Shown here: positions 17,884 through 29,348 of the stretch, piece after piece
Layout: every line of letters begins with the position of its first letter
Position numbering within the stretch: the stretch's first letter is position 1
NCBI RefSeq assembly: GCF_000014265.1
Contig: NC_008312.1
Coordinates: 720,001-752,000, forward strand
DNA from: Trichodesmium erythraeum IMS101
Lineage (GTDB): Bacteria; Cyanobacteriota; Cyanobacteriia; Cyanobacteriales; Microcoleaceae
Reading direction: 5' to 3'
DNA: 32,000 nucleotides
Notes under the pieces: generated by a model
Database searches by the model: none
What the model was told of the DNA's origin: nothing
The model's input: only the letters and a program-made list of their open reading frames with translations
Made by a program: the position numbers and the translations under genes

Positions 17884-18394
17884 AGTACTTTAATCTATGA
17901 TAAACGGCCAAAGCTGAAAATTATAGCCTTGTGTTACACAAGACATCCTTTTATTTTATAGCTCTTATCCTGACTCGGCCAACTACAACACCCATTTTTA
18001 TAGCCAAATACATAAGTTACCTGCTTTTCTTAATAAAACTTAAAATAAGCCTTCAGATAAATATTTGATTAATCCTTTCCTGGCGCCAGGATACTATTTT
18101 CATTTTATTATTGCTACACAAAAAGCAAGTAAATTATCATTAAATTTAATATTAGTAATCAGCAAAACAGAAGCAAAACAAATAATAATAGACATTAAAT
18201 TGCTTTAAATAAATAAAAAAGCATTAAACTAATATTTATTATTTAATAGCTGAAGTTGCATTAAAGAGTAGCTTTTTTTTTAGAATATTTGTACTAAATT
18301 CTAAAAAACCTACAATTATTTATATCAACCTTTGATAATATTTAGATAGGCTGTTCTATTCCTATTTCTACCTGGCAACGTCCGAATTTCCAGA

Positions 18395-18565
18395 GCCTCC
18401 AGCACACGGGGAAAAACTACCCGCCTGAGCTTAATTCAAACTAGCATTTAAATCTTGAGCGCAACTAAAACCACAATTTTCACCGTTCATCAAACGCCCC
18501 GTTCAAGACAGAAATTATTTCAGTTTTTCACAGTTAGAGCAAGTCTTAAAACTAGGAAACCATCA
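18395..18565 (-). pseudogene. TnpB (IS605 OrfB family) C-terminal remnant
   Basis: The minus strand translates with stops as WFPSFKTCSNCEKLK*FLS*TGRLMNGENCGFSCAQDLNASLN. This matches the TnpB zinc-ribbon/RuvC-III pattern FPSSKTCS.CG...C..CG...DRD.NAA.N. About 300 N-terminal aa are absent. Confidence 0.5.
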
Positions 18566-18641
18566 CTCAAAAATTCCAAACATAAAAAGCCACACCAAAG
18601 TGTTAAACTACAAAGTTTTTTGCAGGTTATTTGAGTGTAGT

Positions 18642-19301
18642 TTAGCTTTTAATTTTAGTAATATTATTATCAATATTTCTCACAACTGTATTAACTTCTT
18701 CTTGTAATCTTTGTAATAGTGCTTTAGACTTTTTCGATTTAGAATTGTAAAGCCTAGCCGAAAAAGCCGTGATAACTTCTAGTAAATCTTGAGCTAGTTC
18801 TTCTTCAACAAAACGTAATTGCTCACCTTTATTAATAACAACTATCTCGATCCCCTGAAGTTCACAAACAGAAAATATCAACTCAGCACCAAATCTTAAC
18901 AACCTATCTTTATGAGTTAATACTAATCGTTTAGTTTGCTTTCTTAAGATTTTTTCTAATAATTTTTGTAACCCACTTTTGTGATAGTTCATACCAGAGC
19001 CTAAATCTTGAATCATTTCAAATTTCCACCCTTGACTAACACAATAAGCCTCTAGTATTCCCTGTTGCCTTTCTAAATCTAATTTTAGCTCGTGGCTACT
19101 GATCCTCGCATAACAAATAGTAGGACTATCTGCACTTCCTAAATTGATAAGCTTAGAAGAATCATAGAACCTAGTACCACCCTGACTTTTTCGGTCTGGT
19201 ATCAATTCTCCAGACACCTCCCATTTTCGGAGTGTATCAACAGACACCCCTAATAACTCTGCAGCTGCACCTATTTTAATAAATCGACTAGTCATGATCA
19301 T
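18642..19301 (-). CDS. tnpA: IS607-family transposase (MerR-type HTH plus serine recombinase/resolvase catalytic domain), 219 aa
   Basis: N-terminal HTH (IGAAAELLGVSVDTLRKWEVSGEL), the resolvase motif YARISS...DLERQ, and LVLTHKDRLLRFG. Confidence 0.8.
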   Translation of the reverse strand: MIMTSRFIKIGAAAELLGVSVDTLRKWEVSGELIPDRKSQGGTRFYDSSKLINLGSADSPTICYARISSHELKLDLERQQGILEAYCVSQGWKFEMIQDLGSGMNYHKSGLQKLLEKILRKQTKRLVLTHKDRLLRFGAELIFSVCELQGIEIVVINKGEQLRFVEEELAQDLLEVITAFSARLYNSKSKKSKALLQRLQEEVNTVVRNIDNNITKIKS

Positions 19302-19437
19302 AAACTGTACAAAATAACCAAAGATTATAAAAGATAATCATAGATTCTGTCAACCTTTTATTTACCCTCCTACCTCATCATAAGAGCTTCCCAAGGGTAA
19401 CTATTCAACCAATAACCAATAACTAAAAACCAAAAAC

Positions 19438-19468
19438 TAAAAAAGGGGCGATAAATAGCGATCGCCCC
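19438..19468 (-). terminator. Intrinsic terminator of glsF
   Basis: The minus strand reads GGGGCGAT-CGCTATTT-ATCGCCCC (8-bp GC-rich stem) followed by TTTTTAGTTTTTGG. It lies 26 nt after the stop codon. Confidence 0.65.
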
Positions 19469-19493
19469 CAAATTATTTAATAATCAACAGAAG

Positions 19494-22400
19494 CTATACC
19501 TTAACAACAGCCTGACTTCCAGTCTCAACCTTTGCTACAGCCGTATCAGCTTCAGAAGGAGGTACAACTTGATAAAACTTCGGCAAACACTCAGACCAAT
19601 TAGCCCAGATCATCTTTGCCTTTGGACTACCAGTCTTTCCAAAATGTAATGAAATCAACTCTTTCAACTGCGCCTCACCTGCTGATGTAGACACCCGCTG
19701 AATAGAAACAATTTCATTATTCACCCTAGCCGGAAAATCACCATCCTCATCAAAGAAATAAGCAATTCCCCCAGTCATACCAGCACCAACATTACGGCCC
19801 GCCTTACCCAAGCAAACAATAACACCACCAGTCATATACTCACAGGCATGATCTCCAACACCTTCAATAACAGCCTTAGCCATAGAATTACGAACAGCAA
19901 AACGTTCCCCAGCTTGACCATTAGCCAAGAGAATACCACCAGTCGCACCATATAAACAGGTATTACCAACAATCACATTTTCCTCTGAGTTATAACGTCC
20001 CTCTGCAGGTGGTTTAATAATAATCTCTCCACCATGCATTCCCTTACCAACATAATCATTAGCCTCACCTTCCAATACTAACGTCATTCCTGGCAAATTA
20101 AACGCACCAAAACTCTGACCAGCACTACCATTAAACGTGAGATTAATCAACCCTTCAAAACCAGTATTCCCATAACGAGAAGCGATCGCTCCTGCCAACC
20201 TTGCTCCCACAGTACGGTCAGTATTAACCACCTTTATTCCCGTCTTATAAACAATACCCTGGTTGCAAATTGCACCTTGAATTTTCTCATCATCCAATAG
20301 CACATCATCTAAAACCGGACCATTGCTATGAACAGTATCATGGTTTAACCAACCACGGTTATTACGAGTATCTGGCAACTTAAGCAAACAACTTAAATTC
20401 AAACTTTCTGTCTTAACTAACTTCACATTTTCCCGTGCTTTCAGCAAATCAGCACGGCCTAAAATTTCATTGAGGGAACGATAACCCAACCTAGCCAAAA
20501 TAGTTCGTACTTCCTCAGCAATAAACCAGAAGAAATTGACTACATTTTCAGGCACCCCAGTAAACTTATTACGCAACTTCTCCTGCTGAGTTGCCACACC
20601 AACTGGGCAAGTATTAAGATGACAAATTCTAGCCATAATACAGCCTTCAGCAATCATAGCAATAGAACCAAAACCAAACTCTTCAGCACCCATCAAAGCA
20701 GCCATAACTATATCCCAACCAGTTTTTAGGCCACCATCTACCCGAAGAAGAACGCGATCGCGCAGTTGATTTTCCATCAATACCCGATGTACCTCAGTCA
20801 AACCTAATTCCCAAGGACCACCAGCATGCTTAATTGAACTCAGAGGAGAAGCACCAGTACCCCCATCATGACCAGATATCTGAATAATATCAGCGTTAGC
20901 TTTAGCTACACCAGCCGCAATAGTACCGATACCAATTTCTGCAACTAACTTCACAGAAACACCAGCATTAGGATTAATTTGGTGGAGATCAAAAATTAAC
21001 TGTGCCAAATCCTCAATAGAATAAATATCATGGTGAGGAGGAGGCGAAATCAAAGAAACCCCAGGTTTAGAACCACGTAGTTTAGCAATATAAGCACTCA
21101 CCTTTTTACCAGGTAAATGACCACCTTCACCCGGCTTTGCCCCCTGAGCAATTTTAATTTCAATCTGTTTAGCACTCATCAGATATTCTGGAGTCACACC
21201 AAACCGACCAGAAGCAACCTGTTTAATAGCAGAAGAAGCAGTATCATCATTTCGCAGTCCCTTGAGATGAGGGAATAACTGAGACAAACCTTGATTATCA
21301 ACATCATTTAAGATTTTAAATCTTGTAGGATCTTCTCCACCTTCCCCAGAATTAGACTTACCCCCTATTCGGTTCATTGCGATCGCCAAAGTTTCATGTG
21401 CCTCCCGTGACAACGATCCCAAGGACATTCCACCAGTACAAAAACGCTTCATTATTTCTGCTGCCGGTTCCACTTCCTCAAGAGGTATAGAAGGCGAAGA
21501 GCTATGAAAATCTAACAAATCCCGCAAAGCCGTTATTGGTCGCTCTTGCAAATATTTCCGGTAAACTTCATAGTGATCATACTCCGTTAGATCTATATTT
21601 TTACCATTACCATTACTACCATTAATCGCAGTAACTGCCTTATGAAGCTCTTTTGCCATTGCCGGACTATTCATGTGATATTCCCCAGTAGGGCGATATT
21701 GCACAAACCCATAATTTTCCAGCTTTTTAATATTCAGTTCTAAGAACCCCCGACCGTGGAAAGAAATCACCTCTTGTGCCAACTCTGGCACAGTTAAACC
21801 ACTTATCCTAGAAGTAGTTCCTCGGAAAGCTAACTCTAATAAATCTCCACCAATACCAATAGCCTCAAAAATCTGTGCCCCCTGATAAGAAGACAACAAA
21901 GAAATTCCCATTTTCGACAGAATTTTTAATAACCCTGCTTCCACTGCTTGGCGATAATTTTTCTGAGCTTCCTCAATAGTAATTTTTGTAATTTTACCCC
22001 GTTCCATTTGGTTTTGCACCTTGGAACTAGACCACCAAGCACGCACAGACTCTAATGCTAAATAAGGATAAACCGCACTAGCTCCATAACCAATTAAACA
22101 AGCAAAGTGATGAGTACTCCAACACTGACCTGTTTCCACCACCAAAGATGCTTTCATCCGCAACCGTTCTTGAATCAAGTGATGGTGAACCGCACCTACA
22201 GCTAACAGAGGTGGAATATAAGTAAAATCTGCATTTATTCCCCCGTCACATTTGTCAGATAAAATCAGAATTTCCTTACCATTCTCAACCGCTTTTACTG
22301 CGCGATCGCACAAACTCTTCACTGCCCTGTTCAAACCTTCTGGCCCATCAGCTACAGCAAATATAGTAGAAATAGTTTCTGTAGCAAATTCTGAATCCCG

Positions 22401-24134
22401 AATTGCTTTTAATTCTGACTCATTTAATACAGGTGATTCCACCTTTAATAACCGTGCATTTTCCCCACTAACCTCTAATAAATTACCACGCTTACCCAGC
22501 AACATATTCAGCGACATAACCATTCCCTCCCTCAACGGATCAATAGGAGGATTTGTCACTTGAGCAAACCTTTGTTTAAAATAGTCATATAGCAAATGAG
22601 GACGTCCCGAAAGCACTGCTAAGGGAATATCATCACCCATACAAAATGTTGGTTCTTTCCCTAAATTTGCCATATCAGTAATGATTAGATCCAGATCTTC
22701 TAAACTATAACCAAATGCTGTTTGTAGTTGCAGTAAACTTTGTGATTCTAGTTGAGAATTTGCTATAAATGGTTGCTTTATGATCTGCTTTCTGTTTTTT
22801 AACCATTCTCTATAGGGTTGTTGTCCACTGATGCGTTTTTTAATCTCCCAATTTTTGAGAATTTCATTAGTCCTTAAATCTACAGCAATCATTTGTCCAG
22901 GACCGAGGCGACCTTTTTCAAGTATTTCTTTTTCTGGTATCTCAACTACTCCTGCTTCCGATGCTACAATAACTAGATCATTATTAGTAATGCAATAACG
23001 TGCTGGTCGCAGACCATTCCGGTCTAGAGCTGCCCCCACTTGTTTACCATCACTAAACGCTAACAGTGCCGGACCATCCCAGCCTTCCTGCAAACCGCTA
23101 TAATATTCGTAAAAATCAGTAATTTCTGGATAGTCTATCAAATCTGGCTGATTTTTATATGCTTCTGGCACCATGATCATCAACGCTTCTAGTGGACTAC
23201 CTCCTGAACGCACCATTAATTCCATCACATTATCTAGATTTGCCGAATCACTATTTTGATTATCAACAAAAGGTTTCAACTCATCTAGTCGTGACTCCCA
23301 TAAAGAAGAACTCAGACTTGCCTCCCGTGCTCTCATCCAGTTAATGTTTCCCAATAGAGTGTTAATTTCTCCATTGTGACCGAGTAAGCGCATAGGTTGG
23401 GCAAGAGGCCATCGGGGCATCGTATTCGTACTAAAGCGTCGATGATAAACCGCAAACGAACTTTTATAAGCTGGATTTTTCAGGTCTGTGTAAAATTCTC
23501 CCAGAACCGCAGAGCGCACCATACCTTTGTATACAATAGTGCGACAAGAAAATGAACAAATATAAGTATCTATTCCCCAGCTCAAACCTTCTTCTTCTAT
23601 CACACGTCCAATATTACGACGGATTAAATAAAGCGATCGCTCCAACTCATCCCCTTGCAACTTATCTGAACTGACAACAATTTGTTCTATCTGTGGTTGA
23701 TTTATTTTAGCTTGTACTCCTAATCTTTCTGGTACAACTGGTACAACTCGCCAACCCACGACCTCTAGACCTTCGTTCCTGATTTTTTTTTCAATTATCT
23801 GACGTACTATTGCCGCCTTTTTTTCCGTTTGGGGCAAAAATATCATTCCTACACCACAGTTATCAGGGTTTAACTCTAAGTTTTCTGACAGCAACTCCCA
23901 AGGAATTTGAGTCATTAGACCCGCTCCATCCCCTGAATCTTTATCTGCGCTGCAACCACCGCGATGCTCTAAGCAAGTTAAAGCAGGCAAAGCTTTCAAT
24001 ATAATTTCATGGCTTTTTTTCCCTGATGGGTGAGCAATAAAACCTACTCCACAGGCATCCCGTTCTTCTACCAACCATCTTTGGCCTTGATAAGTTCCTT
24101 GATCCGCTTTGAGATTTGTATGAGATTGATTCAT
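19494..24134 (-). CDS. glsF: Ferredoxin-dependent glutamate synthase (Fd-GOGAT), 1546 aa
   Basis: ACGVGF Ntn-amidotransferase start after a short leader. Central FMN/3Fe-4S domain ([13 protein letters not shown]) and C-terminal GXGXG beta-helix domain. The length is typical of cyanobacterial/plastid Fd-GOGAT. Confidence 0.95.
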   Translation of the reverse strand: MNQSHTNLKADQGTYQGQRWLVEERDACGVGFIAHPSGKKSHEIILKALPALTCLEHRGGCSADKDSGDGAGLMTQIPWELLSENLELNPDNCGVGMIFLPQTEKKAAIVRQIIEKKIRNEGLEVVGWRVVPVVPERLGVQAKINQPQIEQIVVSSDKLQGDELERSLYLIRRNIGRVIEEEGLSWGIDTYICSFSCRTIVYKGMVRSAVLGEFYTDLKNPAYKSSFAVYHRRFSTNTMPRWPLAQPMRLLGHNGEINTLLGNINWMRAREASLSSSLWESRLDELKPFVDNQNSDSANLDNVMELMVRSGGSPLEALMIMVPEAYKNQPDLIDYPEITDFYEYYSGLQEGWDGPALLAFSDGKQVGAALDRNGLRPARYCITNNDLVIVASEAGVVEIPEKEILEKGRLGPGQMIAVDLRTNEILKNWEIKKRISGQQPYREWLKNRKQIIKQPFIANSQLESQSLLQLQTAFGYSLEDLDLIITDMANLGKEPTFCMGDDIPLAVLSGRPHLLYDYFKQRFAQVTNPPIDPLREGMVMSLNMLLGKRGNLLEVSGENARLLKVESPVLNESELKAIRDSEFATETISTIFAVADGPEGLNRAVKSLCDRAVKAVENGKEILILSDKCDGGINADFTYIPPLLAVGAVHHHLIQERLRMKASLVVETGQCWSTHHFACLIGYGASAVYPYLALESVRAWWSSSKVQNQMERGKITKITIEEAQKNYRQAVEAGLLKILSKMGISLLSSYQGAQIFEAIGIGGDLLELAFRGTTSRISGLTVPELAQEVISFHGRGFLELNIKKLENYGFVQYRPTGEYHMNSPAMAKELHKAVTAINGSNGNGKNIDLTEYDHYEVYRKYLQERPITALRDLLDFHSSSPSIPLEEVEPAAEIMKRFCTGGMSLGSLSREAHETLAIAMNRIGGKSNSGEGGEDPTRFKILNDVDNQGLSQLFPHLKGLRNDDTASSAIKQVASGRFGVTPEYLMSAKQIEIKIAQGAKPGEGGHLPGKKVSAYIAKLRGSKPGVSLISPPPHHDIYSIEDLAQLIFDLHQINPNAGVSVKLVAEIGIGTIAAGVAKANADIIQISGHDGGTGASPLSSIKHAGGPWELGLTEVHRVLMENQLRDRVLLRVDGGLKTGWDIVMAALMGAEEFGFGSIAMIAEGCIMARICHLNTCPVGVATQQEKLRNKFTGVPENVVNFFWFIAEEVRTILARLGYRSLNEILGRADLLKARENVKLVKTESLNLSCLLKLPDTRNNRGWLNHDTVHSNGPVLDDVLLDDEKIQGAICNQGIVYKTGIKVVNTDRTVGARLAGAIASRYGNTGFEGLINLTFNGSAGQSFGAFNLPGMTLVLEGEANDYVGKGMHGGEIIIKPPAEGRYNSEENVIVGNTCLYGATGGILLANGQAGERFAVRNSMAKAVIEGVGDHACEYMTGGVIVCLGKAGRNVGAGMTGGIAYFFDEDGDFPARVNNEIVSIQRVSTSAGEAQLKELISLHFGKTGSPKAKMIWANWSECLPKFYQVVPPSEADTAVAKVETGSQAVVKV

Positions 24135-24352
24135 GTCAGTTATAAGTTATCATTAATCAACTATCAGCACCTTCAACTCAAACTAGAGCCTGCAAATACT
24201 GAATCGAATGTTTTTTCATTCCCTTAAAAGGGCACAGAGGCTTGAAACCTTATTTTTTTTCTCTTCCTTTATATAGAAGTTTTCATTTGACATACTTTCA
24301 CATTAACCTTGCAGTATAATGTAAGTTTATCCCTTACTAGCCCGGCTGTTGC

Positions 24353-24655
24353 CTAGGATACAGGCGATATGCGAAGGACGAGATGCCCCACCCCCCTATA
24401 TTTTATATTTCTGTTTGCCTCTTCATCGCGACACATAACAATGTCACAGTATAGACAGGAATAGCTTCTCCCTAATAAGTCTTTAGGGACTATTTCTCGA
24501 CAATTTGAGCAATCTTGACTTATAGCATTTGGAGTTACAGTTATTGTTTTTTGTCCAGCATTTTCAGCTTTGACAGTCAAAATAGATAGGAACTGTCCCC
24601 ATCCTGCATCATTAATTAGAGCTAGCTGAATAAACATAGAATCCTGATGAAACAT
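24353..24655 (-). pseudogene. TnpB (IS605 OrfB family) C-terminal fragment, 100-aa ORF
   Basis: [62 protein letters not shown] matches the TnpB C-terminal region (KAE..G..V..V.P..TSQ.CS.CG ... C..C ... DRD.NAA.NI). Catalytic and zinc residues are degraded and no N-terminal part is present. Confidence 0.6.
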
Positions 24656-25029
24656 CAGTTTAAGTCCTGCTCAACCTTGATAAAAGTGCCAAAAAACTAC
24701 AAAATTAATATTTAAAAATTGGCTAAAAATTAGTATTTTCCCTGACCTGAGTGGGAAAAATGCAGAAAAATTAACATCCTGCAACCATTGAGCATTACTC
24801 ATTCCTTAGCCTCACTAATCAGACTTTTTTGGCAAACCCTAATTGATTTACTCAAATTGAAAACTTGGCCAATTGTTTTGTGAATTCCTTAAAGCAAAAC
24901 TACATAACAAATTGAACAATAGAATGAATTAGATTTTAACGTTATTTGAAACTTGATACAATGGAGAGCAACTTAATAATCTTAGCCTCCAGTTAGCACC
25001 CAAGTCAATACTACTATTTTTACCTTAAA

Positions 25030-25700
25030 CCTACTCAATGACGCCATGATGAGCTCCAGCATTTTCATATTCTAGGAGAAGACCTTTATTTTTCCCCTAA
25101 AGCGAGCAAGCCAATACTTATTGTTTCAGTTATTCCTTCAATTTTCTTAGTTTTTGTTTTGGTTGCCAAATGATGCGCATCTTTCTTTTCTCCAAGACAA
25201 GTTTCAAAGCCCTTCCAATAATCTGTACAATACACTGTCGTCTCCTATTAATCAAGGGTTCGAGCAGTCTTCATTAAGTCTCACTATCACGATCTCTTAA
25301 CCCCCTATCCATTAGTCACTGATGATCACGGTCATAGTATATTGAGATCCAAACCCGTTTTTTTTGACTCCACAAAATACCATAACTGATTCAACTCCAC
25401 TAAAATTATCTTTTCCGGCTCCCGCTTTTCACGAGTTACCTCTGGGAAAGTTCTTTACCCAATACAGGGCTGATTAAGTAAAAACCTCAAGATTTTGAGA
25501 AATAGCATTCTTCTAAAGACCACTTATGTAGAGGAGAACTACTTCAAGATTCATCCATAATTTCACCCCCACTTTATATTTTCAGTTATGAACTAGTAGC
25601 ATCAGGATTTGCACTTGAAGCTTGATTTTTGTCCCACAAATCTATCCTTAGCAACATGAGGGCGACTACACTTGGGACAACATTCAAATATTGAACTATA
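25030..25700 (-). pseudogene. Decayed IS1-family-like DDE transposase
   Basis: Minus-strand pieces lie in three frames separated by stops. They read CCPKCSRPHVAKDRFVGQKSSFKCKS (zinc ribbon), ELNQLWYFVESKK, RVWISIYYDRD and YCTDYWKGFETCLGEKKDAHHLATKTKTKKIEGITE. These fit the IS1 pattern ELDE.W.FV.KK...W.W.A.DR ... YCTD.W..Y ... H...K..T..IE..N. Confidence 0.4.
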
Positions 25701-27174
25701 CTTTACGCTCAACAATGGAAATCTATTTTAGAGCATCATTACTAGCTAGATTAAAACTCTCTGATTTTGAATTCTTCATAATACCCAAAATATCCCAATA
25801 TACCCAAGACCCACCATAATATAATTTGGCTAGCTGACGTCCTCTTCTTCCCATAGCTTCACTTTCCTTTAGCCTAGACTATAAGTAATCTGCATTATTT
25901 TCTGTAAACGCACCCGTATTTTAATAACATATAATTACAATACTATTTTTCCCTAGAATAATTACTTTTGGATTTCCCTCTCTAGCAGTAGTAATGGCAC
26001 ATAGTCCAATTATCATGGCCTCACTATGCCCTCCAGCTAGAGGCTCCTTCCATCTAGATACACATACAGATGTATAATCTAAAAGGCACTAGCAATTTTG
26101 TACAGACTAATAGTATCTTTAATGTTATCAATTTTAACTTAATATTTTCTTTATCATTATAACATATTTTACAACATTTTTTATCAGCCACAAAAAAAAT
26201 TCGACAACAGACAATAATGGAATAAATTAGATCTTCAAATAATAATTCTTGATTCTCAACAACTAGCAAGTTTAGCAAGTACTAAGTGAACTAATAGCAT
26301 AGCTAGAGAGATATTTGAGGTCAGATAGCAAAACAAGTTTAAGCACCCCCCCCCTGTAAGTGATGGACTATGAAGTTAGAATTTTTTTTTATAAATTATA
26401 GTCCAGTGTTTCCTCTATCAACCGAAGCTCATATAATACTTTTTCATTTTTTCACTAAAGCTATATTTGTATTTTAGATTTTATCCAAAATCCGGCTATT
26501 ATATAATGCTTAACTCAATACAACACTTACTCCCAACTTTGAGGTCAAATTTACGGGAAAAATAGCCACAATACAAGAGTTTTACTATTCACCTTTCGTA
26601 CTTATGATATCCGATCATATGCTGTATCTAAATCTTGATCAGACAAATGTTTTGAATTTTTAGAATATCTCTTTATGTCTGTATCCAACTTATCATAATA
26701 CATTTAAAAGCCTTTTTTTTCCTTGATTCCTTATTGAACAAGGGCTGTAACTTTAATAAAACCTTCTCACACTTCTTGCTGATTTGGTATTATACTTACA
26801 ACTTTATTGATTACAGCGGTTTCTTATGGGTAGACTACAATAGTAGAGATGTTCCATGGGAACTCCTGAGAAGGAATTGAATATCAGCTCCAATAATTTA
26901 TTTGGGCGAAAAGCGATCTTAAAATTAATCTCAAAACTCTTACTACATGGTTCGCTGAAAAAACATGCATGAGTTAGTCTATCCGTCAAGGCTCAGGAGC
27001 ATCAACTTATAACTCAGGAAAGATGGGAATTAATTAGGAGGCAGTCCGATATATTTGTCCTTTGCCATCCTTTACCATGGTCAAACCAAAATACTAACAT
27101 GGACAACAAACCTTATCCTTCAAACAATGTGCACTCTTTCCTCAACGAAATAGTAACATGGGTGAGTTTCTTGC

Positions 27175-27435
27175 ACTGAAACAATTAGAGATATCAGAAG
27201 TTATTCCTCTAGTATTAATTGAGTTAAAAAATAAAGAGTATCTTAGAGAGGATGACATTATTAATTGTCAAAATAATTATCCTCGAACAAACTCCTTAAA
27301 TATACTTGTAAGTAAAAAAAAATTTTTAATGATTAACTTAAGTGCACCAGCAGCCCAAGAGATTATTCCTCTTCAGTCCAAACAAAATCATTCAAATGTC
27401 TTATTTCATCTAAAAGTTAAACCTAGTGGTTCCTA
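27175..27435 (+). pseudogene. Degenerate duplicate of the cupin-gene 3' end plus the iscA/hesB 5' end (left part, interrupted by the intron)
   Basis: About 80 percent nucleotide similarity to 30555-30811. Encodes VIPLVLIELKNKEYLREDDIINCQNNYPRTNS and MINLSAPAAQEIIPLQSKQNHSNVLFHLKVKP. The intact versions are VIPLVLIEVQNGEYLGEDDIIRFQDDYARTNS and MINLSATAVQEIIRLQSKQNQPNILFRLRVKP. Confidence 0.65.
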
Positions 27436-27479
27436 GTTAAACATTCGCCAGTTAAGCTAACCTACCCGACTCGTCTTCA

Positions 27480-27513
27480 GAACCGGACGTGAGACTTTCA
27501 CCTCATCCGGCTC
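27480..27513 (-). ncRNA. Group II intron ribozyme domain V
   Basis: The minus strand reads GAGCCGGATGAGGTGAAAGTCTCACGTCCGGTTC. It has the AGC catalytic triad, a GAAA tetraloop, a 2-nt AC bulge and fully paired stems. Confidence 0.85.
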
Positions 27514-27701
27514 CTCTCTTAAACGTCCTTTTGCATAGGTACATCCTTGTCTCAGAGTTAACATATCGTTTACCCATAAATACTCATCAGGTAAGTCCTG
27601 TAATTTTAGGTTTTGGATATGTTTTATTGTCTAAGGCAGTTTTAGTATCGTGACAATGTCGGTGCAACAGTTGCTTATTTTTAAGTGTGTTGTCACCACC
27701 T

Positions 27702-29348
27702 TTAGACCTTGTTTTTATATGATCTACTTCCCATTTGGTCGGTTGACCTAAAGGTTAATCCGCAGAATGCGCATTTATTCTTTTGCCGTTTTAACAGCGT
27801 TGTTACTTCTTTCCTTATGCCTGGATGCTTTCCAATTCTACTACTCCAATAAGTCCAATCGCCGTCATAAGGAGATTTATTGCCTTTCACTTTAACGTGC
27901 CTTATTATGGCCACGTCGTTAAGTATCCAGTTTCTGGTTATTTTGCAGTGAGGGAAATACTTTTTCTTTACCCATTTGGCTAACTTGTTTGGGTGCCTCC
28001 TCATTGCCCATTGACCTATTCTTTTCCACAAAAGCATATCCAGCTTGCTGAATGTACTTTTACTAACTATGGCAGAGAAGTAATTGGCCCATCCCTTTAT
28101 TACCGGATTAAGTTTAGTTATTAAAGCTTTTGTGGAGGCATTTTTGTATTTATCACATATATCCGCCAGTTTCCGATAATGAGTTTTTATACTCTTGGAT
28201 GATGGTTTTATGATTGTTTTAAATCCTTTATTGGCTGTCTTAACCTCATATTGCCTAATATAGAATCCCAAAAAGTCAAATCCGGGTTTATTTCCTTCAT
28301 ATTCTTCTAAGGTGTGAGCAATTTAATTTTAGTTTTTTCTGGTTTTAGTTCTAATCCTACCTGGTTTAACCATTCCTGTATTACGGTTTTTGCTTGAATT
28401 ACTACTTTGATGTCTTTGTGTAGGATGACAAAATCATCAGCATAGCGTATTATAGCGTATTAAGGATAGTGCCTTTTTATTGCCGTGTTTTTTTCCCGGT
28501 AGGGTTTCGGCGTATTTTTCTAGGCACTTCTCCATACCGTGTAAGGCGATGTTTGCTCTTTAAGGACTAATAACCCCTCCTTGTGGTGTACCTTCCACAG
28601 TTTTTGAGAATTGCTTGTTGTCGAACACTCCAGATTTTAACCATTGTTTGATTAATCGTCTGTAAGGTGTTTGACCCATTTTTCTCAACAAAGCATCATG
28701 ATTAATTCGGTCAAAACATTTGGATATGTCAGCATCTAATACATATTTTGGTTTCTTATTAATGCTGAGATAGATTGCAATAGCATCATGTGTTGACCGC
28801 CCTGGTCTAAAGCTATAACTGTTAAATTCAAAGTGTGCCTCCCACTCTGGTGACCTACCCAACTTAACCAAGGCTTGTAGCGCCCTATCATACATAGTAG
28901 GTATGCCTAATGGGCGTTTTTCATTCCTCCCTGGTTTTGGTATCCAGACTCTGCGGGTTGGGCTTGCTTTTAATCGGCGTCTTTTTAATAAATTTACCAG
29001 GTTTAATCTTTGCATTGGGGGTAGATTCTTTATACCATCTATACCCGCAGTTTTTTTACCCTGGTTATCCTGAGTCACCCGTCTAACAGCTAGCAACAAG
29101 GCGTAGTAACTTTTGGTCAGAAGTTTTTGGTATTTACGCATCTTGCGGATTTCGCCACGGCTGGATGCTCTGTAAATTAATTTTTGCAACTTAAACACAT
29201 ACTTTTCTACCTTTTTCCAGTTAATGTCTTTCCATTTAAGATTAGGATTAACACTACATGGATCTGGTATATCGTTTGTATCCCATGCCACGCTTAAAAA
29301 TGGTTTAGGATTTTCTAAACTTCTTTTTAGGGTTTTAGCTTTATTCAT
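27702..29348 (-). pseudogene. Group II intron reverse transcriptase/maturase/HNH endonuclease (IEP), inactivated
   Basis: N-terminal RT domains 0-4 (WKKVEKYVFKLQKLIYRA, RRVWIPKPGRNEKRPLGIPTMYDRALQALV, FRPGRSTHDAI, LDADISKCFDRINH, GTPQGGVISP). An in-frame TAA at 28557-28559 follows. A 10-bp tandem duplication (AATACGCTAT twice, about 28442-28461) lies at the YADD motif. There is a further frameshift near 28320. The maturase X domain (LNPVIKGWANYF) and the HNH domain (KNKCAFCG) are in ORF 27702-28271. Confidence 0.85.

Larger units (their letters stand above)
9664..18000 (-). repeat. Tandem array of four gene-plus-promoter units of about 2.1 kb
   Basis: Start codons lie at 11518, 13625, 15744 and 17883 (spacings 2107, 2119, 2139). 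Stops lie at 9656, 11760, 13867 and 15970. Homology ends on the right at CCCATTTTTATA (about 18000) and on the left at AAGTCCTGGG (about 9664). Confidence 0.95.
18340..19330 (-). mobile_element. Degenerate IS607-family element (tnpA plus truncated tnpB stub); ends not defined
   Basis: A MerR-HTH/serine-recombinase tnpA ORF is followed downstream by a frame-broken TnpB C-terminal zinc-ribbon remnant. Confidence 0.5.

Noticed and set aside
22252-24227. Plus-strand ORFs 22252-22563, 23810-24004 and 24030-24227
   Set aside because: They are antisense within, or at the edge of, the glsF CDS. They are short and have no recognisable features.
27158-27436. 92-aa ORF treated as a real gene
   Set aside because: It is a chimeric read-through of a degenerate cupin 3' end, the spacer and an iscA 5' end. 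It terminates at the intron junction and is better described as a pseudogene fragment.
27702-29348. The reverse transcriptase ORFs as the DGR RT that diversifies the kinase VRs
   Set aside because: The protein has group II intron IEP hallmarks: an RT0 N-terminal extension, a maturase X domain and an HNH domain. It sits inside a ribozyme with a canonical domain V. It is interrupted by a stop codon and frameshifts. No Avd-like gene or TR is adjacent.
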